DNA of 24,043 nt, from assembly GCA_045863855.1 (NCBI GenBank), contig BTVV01000097.1:1-24043 (forward strand), given 5' to 3'. Position 1 is the stretch's first letter. Every line of letters begins with the position of its first letter. The notes below the pieces were generated by a model that worked only from the letters and a program-made list of their open reading frames with translations, did no database searches and was not told the DNA's origin. The translations under genes and the position numbers were made by a program. Positions 8,036 through 16,056 of the stretch are shown in pieces. Source of the stretch: Planctomycetota bacterium. GTDB taxonomy: Bacteria > Planctomycetota > SZUA-567 > H5-PLA8.

Positions 8036-8569
8036 ATGCCGTCCAAGCCCGATTCCGCTCGCCGTCCGCCTGTCACGAGCTGGGTTTTCCGCTGCCGCGG
8101 GCTTTGCCCCGAGGTTCGGCCGGAGGACTCGTTCGGCCTGCACGACCTCCTGTTCTGGGTGCTCTTTCTGGCGCTGGGCGCGGGCTGGTACTTCGGGCAG
8201 TTCGAGCCGCAGCGCCAGCGCAACGAGATGCTCACCGGCCGGGCAAAGGTCCTCGAATCCCAGCTAAAAGAAGAACGAGTGGAACTGGAGCGGCTCAAGC
8301 GCGAGTCCGTGGCGCTCCAGGCCGGCCACCCGGCGGCTTGGGAGCGGGCGGCGCGAGCGCAGTTGGGTTGGTTGATGCCCGGAGAGACCGTGGATTTGCA
8401 GACGTGGCGGCAGGAGAAGCTGGAAGCGGGCGAGCCTGACCCGTTAGCGCCCCGGCAAACCGAGCGTCCGCAAGCGAATCGGCAACAGCCTGCGCGTCGG
8501 CCCGCGCCGCGTGTTCGTAGTGCGGAAGCGGCCCCGCCGCCGGTGGCCGCGCGCCAGACGCGCCGATGA
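8036..8569 (+). CDS. FtsB/DivIC-like (septum formation initiator family) bitopic coiled-coil protein, 177 aa
   Basis: One TM (LLFWVLFLALGAGWYF), heptad coiled coil (LESQLKEERVELERLKRESVALQ), then WERAARAQLGWLMPGETV, matching the family E..AR..LG...PGE motif; Pro/Arg-rich tail. Confidence 0.7.
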   Translation: MPSKPDSARRPPVTSWVFRCRGLCPEVRPEDSFGLHDLLFWVLFLALGAGWYFGQFEPQRQRNEMLTGRAKVLESQLKEERVELERLKRESVALQAGHPAAWERAARAQLGWLMPGETVDLQTWRQEKLEAGEPDPLAPRQTERPQANRQQPARRPAPRVRSAEAAPPPVAARQTRR

Positions 8570-8578
8570 ATGCCAGCG

Positions 8579-8632
8579 TATAAATTATTTTAAACTGTTA
8601 TGTAATAATAGTTTATAAAATATAGTAATAAT
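8579..8632. other. Very AT-rich patch containing a 25 bp imperfect palindrome
   Basis: 9 G+C in the 60 bases 8581-8640 by hand count; TAAACTGTTAT-gta-ATAATAGTTTA at 8591-8615 (10 of 11 pairs complementary). Confidence 0.75.
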
Positions 8633-8712
8633 CTGTATGCATCCTGCGACCGTGCGGTGTACCTCCCTTTATAGGTAGTGCGTTTCCGCCCTCCTTATTC
8701 AGGAGCTTACCG

Positions 8713-10611
8713 ATGGGCCGACCGAAGACTCGCCGCTGGCCGGGTAATGCACCCCGCCGCTCTTGGATCCTGGCGCCGGTGCTGCTGGCGGCGTGTGCGT
8801 TATCGGCGTCCGAGGTCAAGCTTGCGGCCGATTTCGGGGCGGACGGCTTGACGGGGCTCTCGGCGGCCGGCCATGCTTGGCTGGGATCGGGGCAGCTCAA
8901 GCTGGCGCACGCGGTCCTGGAACAGGCGGCGCCGGACGAGAAGGGTTTCCTTAAGTACAGCTTCGAGAAGCTGACGGCGGAGCCCGTTAAGCGGGCCTTC
9001 GACGCCGCGGCCAAGACGGCGCGGTTGGAGTACGCTTGGGGCGCGGTGGACGTGAAGTACGCGCCGGGTCCTGACCGCCTGGACCTCGCGGTGACGCTGC
9101 ACAACACCTCCGACCGGACGCTGGCGAACTTCAGCCTCGAACTGCTCCAACTCAAGCTGCCCGCCGTGCCCGCCAACTGGAACAAAGGCAAGGTCAACCT
9201 TTCGAGCAGCCTGGACCGGCTGGCGTTCACATGGGCGAACTTCGAGCAGGTGAAGCTGGGGCTGACCAACGCGACGATGGATCCGCCGGTGCGCTTCGGC
9301 TTGCGTGCGGCGGGAGACGGCAAGGAACCGGTCTATGCGCTGGCGCTGGAAGGCGGCGTGTACGTGACCGAGCCGGGCAGCTACGAGATCAAGCCGCACG
9401 GTCTGCCGCGCGTCGCCGCCGGGCAGCGCTTGACGCTGGAGTTCACGCTGCGCTGGATGGCCGCGGATGCCGACGGGTATGCGCTCTTCGAAGACGTGAA
9501 CGCGCGCTTCCGGACGGCGTACGGTCCGCTGCACGAATGGAAGGACCGCCGCCCGATCGGGATGCTGATGCGCAGTTCGAGCTACCAGGGCCATAAATCG
9601 GCGACAAATCCGCGCGGCTGGTTCACGAAGAAGGAACTCGATATCGCCAACGCCGAAGGGTTCAAGGCGGCGGCGCTGCAGGACGCCAAACGCTGCGTCG
9701 AAAGCCTGAAGGCGATGGACGCGCAGGGGATGGTCTTCTGGGACGTCGAGGGCAGCGAGAATCCGCATCCGATCACGTACATCGGCGACCCGCGGCTGGC
9801 CGAGAAGCTGGCGCCGGATTTTAATGCGGTGGCCGACGAGTACTTCAAGACCTTCATCGACGCGGGGCTGCGCACGGGCATCTGCATCCGCCCCACGCAG
9901 GTCTACTTCAACGAAGAAAAGAAGAAGTGGGATCACGGCGCGGGCAGCGACGGCGGCCCGGGGCGCGGGGATCATTACGCCGGCCTGCGCGCGAAAGATC
10001 TCCCGTGGTGGCGCTTCTTTCCCATCGTCGAACGCTTGTGCGACAAGATCGAGTACGCCAAGAAGCGCTGGGGCTGCACGATCTTCTATATCGATACGAA
10101 CGGCGTCTTCCGGCCGGTGGGCGAGGACGGGAAGTTCGAGTGGATGCTGCTGAACGCGGCGAAGTGGAAGGCGATCAAGGCCAAACATCCCGACGTGCTG
10201 CTCGTCCCGGAGTTGCTGAGCGATAACTTCACCTATCACGTGGCCAATCACTTCAGCACCGCGCCGTACATGGAGCTGGACCTGAAGGGCTACGGGACGG
10301 CGGAGTGGGCGCGCAAGCTGATCCCGGGGTCGTTCAGCGTCGTGAACGTCTCGGACGGCGACTTCGCCGCCAACCGCGAGAAGCTCGCCGAAGCCGTGAA
10401 GAACGGCGACATCCTGATGGGGCACGGCTGGTGGAGCCCCAAGCGCAACGCGGAAGTGAAGGCGCTGTACGACGAGGTGGTGCGCGGGATCGCGCCGCCG
10501 CCGGCCGAACCGGCTAAGAAGGCCGAGCCGGCGAAGAAATCCGAGCCGGCTCAGAAAAGCGCCGCGGCCAAGACCGGCAAGGCGGAGAAGTCCGCCGCAC
10601 CGGCCAAGTAG
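8713..10611 (+). CDS. Secreted hypothetical protein, probable TIM-barrel glycoside-hydrolase-like domain, 632 aa
   Basis: AGGAG SD at 8701-8705; signal-like N-terminus (RRSWILAPVLLAACALSA|S); strong GC3 bias; beta-rich N-half; alpha/beta C-half with GMVFWDVEG, GLRTGICIRP, WGCTIFYIDTN, HPDVLLVPE. The CDS is solid; the function is inferred. Confidence 0.75.
   Translation: MGRPKTRRWPGNAPRRSWILAPVLLAACALSASEVKLAADFGADGLTGLSAAGHAWLGSGQLKLAHAVLEQAAPDEKGFLKYSFEKLTAEPVKRAFDAAAKTARLEYAWGAVDVKYAPGPDRLDLAVTLHNTSDRTLANFSLELLQLKLPAVPANWNKGKVNLSSSLDRLAFTWANFEQVKLGLTNATMDPPVRFGLRAAGDGKEPVYALALEGGVYVTEPGSYEIKPHGLPRVAAGQRLTLEFTLRWMAADADGYALFEDVNARFRTAYGPLHEWKDRRPIGMLMRSSSYQGHKSATNPRGWFTKKELDIANAEGFKAAALQDAKRCVESLKAMDAQGMVFWDVEGSENPHPITYIGDPRLAEKLAPDFNAVADEYFKTFIDAGLRTGICIRPTQVYFNEEKKKWDHGAGSDGGPGRGDHYAGLRAKDLPWWRFFPIVERLCDKIEYAKKRWGCTIFYIDTNGVFRPVGEDGKFEWMLLNAAKWKAIKAKHPDVLLVPELLSDNFTYHVANHFSTAPYMELDLKGYGTAEWARKLIPGSFSVVNVSDGDFAANREKLAEAVKNGDILMGHGWWSPKRNAEVKALYDEVVRGIAPPPAEPAKKAEPAKKSEPAQKSAAAKTGKAEKSAAPAK
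10504..10557 (+). repeat. 3 x 18 bp tandem repeat encoding (A/S)EPA(K/Q)K
   Basis: GCCGAACCGGCTAAGAAG / GCCGAGCCGGCGAAGAAA / TCCGAGCCGGCTCAGAAA in the Lys/Ala/Pro tail of the 632 aa protein. Confidence 0.8.
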
Positions 10612-10632
10612 GGATTGCGAAAGGTTCCCGCC

Positions 10633-10815
10633 ATGAAGCCGAACCGCGTCCAGACCTGGCTGCTCAGCGCCGCCTTCGTCCTCGGCGTCTTCCTGGGTAC
10701 GGCCATGCAAGGCGGCGTGCCCGCGGCGGCGGAATCGAGTAAGCTGCCCGCGGCGCGGCAGGCCCCTCCGTCTGCGCGGCCGGGTCCCCGTGAGGCCCGG
10801 CCGGCGCGCGATTAG
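10633..10815 (+). CDS. Small putative membrane or secreted peptide, 60 aa
   Basis: MKPNRVQTWLLSAAFVLGVFLGTAMQGGVPAAA...; AAAGG upstream; G/C-ending codons in the hydrophobic part; fills the gap between two co-oriented genes. Confidence 0.5.
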   Translation: MKPNRVQTWLLSAAFVLGVFLGTAMQGGVPAAAESSKLPAARQAPPSARPGPREARPARD

Positions 10816-10874
10816 CGCGAGGCGCCACGCTTCATTCGCAGGTCCGTCTCAACCTAACGGGAGATGCTTCACGC

Positions 10875-13800
10875 ATGAGCCGCAGCCTCGTCGGAACATT
10901 TCTGCTCGTCTGCCTGAGTCTCGCCGCCGCCGGTACGGCCGCGCACGACGCCAAGCCGCGCCTGGCGGTCGGCGCGTTCACCGCGCGCAAGTTCGCCAAA
11001 GCTCCGGTGCTGGACGGGAAAATCTCGCCCGGCGAATGGGATGAGGCGCTCACCACCTGCGGAATGCTCACCCCGTTCGGGCATGAGTTACAGGAATGCG
11101 AGACGACGGTCTCGTTCGGCTTCGACGCGCGGCGCTTTTACTTTCTGTTCCAGTGCCGCCGCGGCGACCGCGAGTGGAAGCTGTGGAAGAAAGTGCGCGA
11201 GAACGACGACTACGCGTTCTCCGATCCGTCGGTGGAAGTCTGGATCACGCCGCCGCGCCTGGTGCCCGAGACCTACCAGAACGTGATCAACACCTTTCCG
11301 GCGGTTCTGGACCAGCACATGATCCCGACACGCGGCTACACGGCGCAGGGCTGGAAGGGGAATTGGGAGCTGGGCGTCGACGAGAGCGATACGCATTATA
11401 CGCTCGAAGCTTCGGTGCCCATCGACGACTTCGGGACGGCGCAGCTCGCCGAAGGCGAGATCTGGCGCTTTCTGCTCTGCCGCACCAGCCCCGGCACGCA
11501 GCCGGCGCCGCAGGCTTCGTGGTCGGTCACGCAGGGCTTCGCCGAACTGGGCCAGCACCCGCCGATCAAGCTGGCCGAGGACGCGCCGGTGGTGCAGTTC
11601 CGCAACGTCACCTCGCTGCTCACCGGAAACTACGAGTTCCCCATCACCCTCGCCGCGCCGCGCGGGAAGGCCTCGAAGCTGACCGCCGAACTGCGCTGGC
11701 ACAAGGAAGCCGTGCCGGCCGACGGGGACTTGATCGAAAAGCAGGAAGTGGACCTTGCCGCGGGCGAACGCAAGAGCATCTCCTTTAAGGGCGCGGTTCC
11801 GGAAGCGCACAGCGCGTTGGACGCGAAGCAGGTGCGGCGCGGGTATGTCACGCTGAGCGTAAGCGAAGTTGGCGGCGCGGAGGTCTTCCGCCAGGGATTC
11901 CCGTACCACGTCAACGGCTGGGCGCCCAAGACGCCTCAACGCCCCGCCGACGTGCCCGAAGCCAAGCCGCTGGATCTGGAAGTGAAATACGGCCCCGAAA
12001 CGAACGTGGTGATCTTGCGCGCCGATATCCTCGACCTGCCGGCGAAGGACCAGGCCGCCGGCGGCACCGTGAAGGTGATCGACGTGGTACAGGACAAGGC
12101 GCTGCTCACGCTGAAGCTCCCGGCCTTCCGCAACGCGTACTCGAACCTGCACTTCTTCCTCGATCAGGTCAAAGTCCCGGTAATGGATTACGTGAAGCAG
12201 GCGGGGACGGAGCAGCAGATCAAGAACATCGAGAAGGAGAACAAGGCGCGCGCGAAAGAGGGCAAGCCGCTCACCCCGCTCCCCAAGCTGGAGATTCCCG
12301 AGGCGCTCGCGCTGAAGCTGGAAGTCACCGTCGAAGACGCGGCGGGCAAGCCGCTTTCCACCGAATCGTCGGAGCTGAAGGCGCTGCGCTACCGCTTCCC
12401 GTGGTCGAACAACGAGGTGGGCGTCACCGAGCGCGTGATTCCGCCCTACACGCCGGTAACCTGCGAGGACGATCGAGTCGGCGTCTGGAACCGCTCGTAC
12501 CGGCTCGACGGGCTGGGCCTGCCGCGCGCGCTCAAGAACGACGGGCTGGAGCAGATCAAGAGCGTGCGGATGGTCGCGGTGCAGAACGGGCAGGAGACCG
12601 AATTCCCGGTCACCGCGCCGCGCCTGACGCGGTGGGTGGACGCGCAGGCCGATCTGGAAGGCGCGTCCGAAGCCGCGGGCTTGAAACTCAGCGCGCAGAC
12701 GCGCGTGGAGTTCGATGGCTTCGTGAAGAGCACGCTGACCATCGCGCCGCTGGACGCCAAGGCCGGCGCCGCGGTCGAGAAGCTGTTTCTCGAGATCGTG
12801 CTGCCCGAGGCGGAGGCCACGCACTTCTGCACCACCGCAGGCGGCTGGGCCGCGGTGCATGACGTGACGCCGAAGCATTGGACCAGCCAGCAGACGGCCA
12901 GCGGGATGATGGTGGGCGATTTCGTCCCGTACATTTGGCTCACCAACTCCGACCGCGCGTTCCTCTGGGCCGCCGACAGCGACCGGGGTTGGATCACCGA
13001 CGGCGACCGCAGCCATCCGACGCAGGAGATCAAGCGCGAGAACGGCACGGTGACGCTGCGCATTCACTTCATCGAACTGCCCACGAATCTGACGCAGCCC
13101 ACTTCGCTCACGCACGCCTGGCAGGCCTTCCCGGCGCGCCCGCTTCCGGCGGGCTGGCGCAGCATCGTCTGCGCGGGCAGCACCGAAACGCTTCCCGGCG
13201 CCGTCAACAGCTACTTCTGGTTCGAAGGCGATTGGGCCGTCCTGTGGCCGTACTACTGCAGCCCGTATCCCTGGAGCATGGAGAAATCGCGCGCGGCCTA
13301 CGACCGCTTTGCGCCGGACACCTCGCACCGCCCGATGGTCGGCAGCATCGCGCACTCCGTCGGGCGCTACCGCGATTACGACGGGCGCGACTTCAAAGCG
13401 TATGCGGTCGATTGGGGCAGCCGTCCCGGCGATTCGGGCAACGCCAACTGCACCGCCGGCCGCGGCCCCAACGATTTCCGCCTCTACCACTACGAACGCT
13501 GGGTGAAGGAAGCCGGATTCCGCGGGTTGTACGTCGACGAAAACTACCTCGCGCTGGAAACGAACTTCCTCACCGGCGGCGCTTACTTCCGGCCCGACGG
13601 GCGCCTGCAGCCGGGCTACGGGTACTTCGGCCTGCGCGAATACTTCAAGCGCCTTAAGAACATGTTCCACCTCAACAACGTGCCCGAGCCGAACCTGTGG
13701 CAGCACATCAGCAGCGGCGCGGCCTACTTCGCGTGGCCCGGCGATGTCTTCTTCGAAGGCGAAAACGTGGAGCCGACGGACGAACGGTTCGATTACATCG

Positions 13801-14918
13801 AAGTCCTGCCCGCCGGGCGCATGCGCGCCATCGCCAGCGCGCGCTGCAGCGGCGGCGCGATGACCATGATGTGCCAGTCGCAGCGGCACGCCACGGTATT
13901 CGAGGCCAAGCACACGCATCAATTCGTCGGCTGGGTCATGGCTCACGACATCTTGCCCGAGCAAGTCCGGTGGTGGAACATGCTGGCCCAGGAGGCGGGA
14001 TTCTACCGCGAAGACGTGGAATTTATCGGCTACTGGAAGCCCGAAAATCCCATCAAGACCGCGACGCCCGATTGCGTCGTCTCGGTCCATCGTTCCGGCA
14101 AGCGCGCGCTGGCCTGGATCGTCAACACCGCGCGCGAGGACCGCGATGCGTCCGTCGCCGTGGACTGGGCCAAGCTGGGCTTCGACCGCGCTCGCACCGT
14201 GGCGCTGGACGCCGAAACCGGCGCGCTCGTGCCGCTCGACGAGTCCGGATTCAAAGCCAAGGTGCTGAAGCGCGACTTTGTCGCCGTGCATCTGATCGAA
14301 CCGCAGCAGCTCAAGGACGGCGCTTCGTTCCTAGCCACTTTCGATGCCGGCCGTTCGGCCGATGAAGCGTACGGCAACGCGCAGCTTGCGACGGTGGGCA
14401 GACTGGCGCACGGCCGGCAGTTGCCCATGGCGGGCGGCGTGAAGGGCGGCGCGTTGGATGCGTCGCTGGGCATCGAGCTGTGGCCGCGCCTGCACGTCAC
14501 CGACGCCGAAGGACGCGTGGCGTTCCAGGGGCTGCTCAAACCCGGCGCGCGCGGCACGATCTTCGCCACCACGCAACCGCAGGATAAGAACGCGCCCGAG
14601 AAGCCCACGCTGCGCGTGCACCTGACCAAGGACCACCTGGTGCTCGAACGCGCCGGCCGCGACGGAAAGACCGTGGGTGAAGTCGTCCAGGCGGCGCTCC
14701 CGCAGCCCGGCTGGCGCGCGTTCGTGCTGAGCTGGAAGAACGGGCAGGTCACGCTGAGCGTCGACGGACAGCCGGCGGGAAGTCTGGCCATCGACGGGAT
14801 GAACGTCGGCGCCGGAACGGGGACGGCCTTGCTGCAAGGCGGGCGCTTCCAGTTCGGCGGGCCGCGCGGCGCGCTCTCGGCTCTCGACGAACTGCGCTGC
14901 TACCGCAACGCCGAATAG
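10875..14918 (+). CDS. Large secreted multidomain glycoside-hydrolase-like protein (CBM9-like N-domain, DUF6067-like core, LamG/concanavalin-like C-domain), 1347 aa
   Basis: GGGAG SD; Sec signal (MSRSLVGTFLLVCLSLAAAG); APVLDGKISPGEWDEA plus YTLEASVPIDDFG (CBM9-like); VIPPYTPV, RVEFDG, PYIWLTNSDR, FRGLYVDE, EFIGYWK (DUF6067-like pattern); WRAFVLSWKNGQVTLSVDGQ...LDELRCY (LamG-like). Confidence 0.75.
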   Translation: MSRSLVGTFLLVCLSLAAAGTAAHDAKPRLAVGAFTARKFAKAPVLDGKISPGEWDEALTTCGMLTPFGHELQECETTVSFGFDARRFYFLFQCRRGDREWKLWKKVRENDDYAFSDPSVEVWITPPRLVPETYQNVINTFPAVLDQHMIPTRGYTAQGWKGNWELGVDESDTHYTLEASVPIDDFGTAQLAEGEIWRFLLCRTSPGTQPAPQASWSVTQGFAELGQHPPIKLAEDAPVVQFRNVTSLLTGNYEFPITLAAPRGKASKLTAELRWHKEAVPADGDLIEKQEVDLAAGERKSISFKGAVPEAHSALDAKQVRRGYVTLSVSEVGGAEVFRQGFPYHVNGWAPKTPQRPADVPEAKPLDLEVKYGPETNVVILRADILDLPAKDQAAGGTVKVIDVVQDKALLTLKLPAFRNAYSNLHFFLDQVKVPVMDYVKQAGTEQQIKNIEKENKARAKEGKPLTPLPKLEIPEALALKLEVTVEDAAGKPLSTESSELKALRYRFPWSNNEVGVTERVIPPYTPVTCEDDRVGVWNRSYRLDGLGLPRALKNDGLEQIKSVRMVAVQNGQETEFPVTAPRLTRWVDAQADLEGASEAAGLKLSAQTRVEFDGFVKSTLTIAPLDAKAGAAVEKLFLEIVLPEAEATHFCTTAGGWAAVHDVTPKHWTSQQTASGMMVGDFVPYIWLTNSDRAFLWAADSDRGWITDGDRSHPTQEIKRENGTVTLRIHFIELPTNLTQPTSLTHAWQAFPARPLPAGWRSIVCAGSTETLPGAVNSYFWFEGDWAVLWPYYCSPYPWSMEKSRAAYDRFAPDTSHRPMVGSIAHSVGRYRDYDGRDFKAYAVDWGSRPGDSGNANCTAGRGPNDFRLYHYERWVKEAGFRGLYVDENYLALETNFLTGGAYFRPDGRLQPGYGYFGLREYFKRLKNMFHLNNVPEPNLWQHISSGAAYFAWPGDVFFEGENVEPTDERFDYIEVLPAGRMRAIASARCSGGAMTMMCQSQRHATVFEAKHTHQFVGWVMAHDILPEQVRWWNMLAQEAGFYREDVEFIGYWKPENPIKTATPDCVVSVHRSGKRALAWIVNTAREDRDASVAVDWAKLGFDRARTVALDAETGALVPLDESGFKAKVLKRDFVAVHLIEPQQLKDGASFLATFDAGRSADEAYGNAQLATVGRLAHGRQLPMAGGVKGGALDASLGIELWPRLHVTDAEGRVAFQGLLKPGARGTIFATTQPQDKNAPEKPTLRVHLTKDHLVLERAGRDGKTVGEVVQAALPQPGWRAFVLSWKNGQVTLSVDGQPAGSLAIDGMNVGAGTGTALLQGGRFQFGGPRGALSALDELRCYRNAE

Positions 14919-15003
14919 CCGCCGCGGGCGCTCGAATCGCGGCGAGCGCGCACCGGCCGGCCCGGTTAGAATGCGCCCTCCATCAACCGGCGAGGAAGGC
15001 GCG

Positions 15004-16050
15004 ATGATCGTCGTACTGCGGCACGGCTGCTCGAAGGCGGAAGTCCAACACGTCGAGAAGCACCTGAAGGAACTCGGCTTCGAGCCGCACACGCTCTGGG
15101 GCGTCGAGCGCACGGTCATTGCCGCCATCGGCGACGACCGCGTCACGACCAAGGAGCACCTCGAGTCGGTCCCCGGCGTCGATCGCGTGATGCCGATCCT
15201 CGCGCCGTACAAGCTGGCCAGCCGCGAACTGATCCAGCGCACCAGCGAAATGCCGCTGGGCGGCCCGGGGCCCGAAGTGAAGCCCGCCGCGGACCTCGTC
15301 AAGATCGGCGGGAAAAAGATCGCGGTGATCGCCGGGCCGTGCTCCGTCGAAGACCGCGGCATGATTCTCGAAACCGCGGCGGCCGTCAAAGCCGCCGGCG
15401 CTTGCGCGCTCCGCGCGGGCGCGTTCAAGCCGCGCACCAGCCCCTACCAGTTCCAGGGCCTCGCCGAAGAAGGTTTGGAATACCTCGCCGAAGCGCGCGA
15501 GCAGACCGGCCTGCCCATCGTCACCGAAGTGCTCACGCCCGCCGACGTGCCGCTGGTCGCGAAGTATGCCGACTGCCTGCAAGTCGGCACGCGCAACATG
15601 CAAAACTTCCTGCTCCTGCGCGCCTGCGGCGAGATCGACCGACCGATCCTGCTCAAGCGCGGTATGAGCGCCACCATCGACGAATACCTGCTCGCGGCCG
15701 AGTACATCCTGTCCGGCGGCAACAAAAAGGTGCTGCTCTGCGAGCGCGGCATCCGCACCTTCGAGCAGTACGTCCGCAACACCTTCGCGCTCGCGGCGAT
15801 CCCGGCGCTTCAGGAAAAGACGCACCTGCCGGTCCTCGCCGATCCCAGCCACGGTACCGGCGTGCGCCGCTTCGTCGCGCCCATGGCCAAAGCCTCCGTC
15901 GCCTGCGGCGCCGACGGATTGCTGATCGAAGTCCACCCCGATCCCGAAAAGGCCAAGACCGACGGGCAGCAGACGCTCGATTTCAAAGAGTTCGCCAAGC
16001 TGATGCAGGATATGAAAGCCATCGCCGCGGCCGTGGACCGCTCGATTTAG
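15004..16050 (+). CDS. aroF: 3-deoxy-7-phosphoheptulonate (DAHP) synthase, type I-beta, with N-terminal ferredoxin/ACT-like regulatory domain
   Basis: [65 protein letters not shown]. Start at ATG 15004 behind GAGGAAGG; -10-like TAGAAT at 14967-14972. Confidence 0.95.
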   Translation: MIVVLRHGCSKAEVQHVEKHLKELGFEPHTLWGVERTVIAAIGDDRVTTKEHLESVPGVDRVMPILAPYKLASRELIQRTSEMPLGGPGPEVKPAADLVKIGGKKIAVIAGPCSVEDRGMILETAAAVKAAGACALRAGAFKPRTSPYQFQGLAEEGLEYLAEAREQTGLPIVTEVLTPADVPLVAKYADCLQVGTRNMQNFLLLRACGEIDRPILLKRGMSATIDEYLLAAEYILSGGNKKVLLCERGIRTFEQYVRNTFALAAIPALQEKTHLPVLADPSHGTGVRRFVAPMAKASVACGADGLLIEVHPDPEKAKTDGQQTLDFKEFAKLMQDMKAIAAAVDRSI

Positions 16051-16056
16051 ATTGGC

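Noticed and set aside
8572..8610. Possible dif/Xer site or replication origin in the AT-rich patch
   Set aside because: GCGTATAA and TTATGT are present but not at the 6 bp spacing of a dif site; I saw no DnaA-box cluster or origin-associated genes.
8800..14291. Long antisense ORFs (636 aa at 8800-10710, 1067 aa at 11088-14291)
   Set aside because: They mirror real high-GC3 genes on the opposite strand, have no motifs, and are expected shadows in GC-rich DNA.
14921..14949. GC hairpins after the 1347 aa gene (GCGCTCG/CGAGCGC; alternative GCCGCG/CGCGGC) as a terminator or aroF attenuator
   Set aside because: No U-tract, no aromatic-codon leader peptide, and short GC stems are expected by chance.
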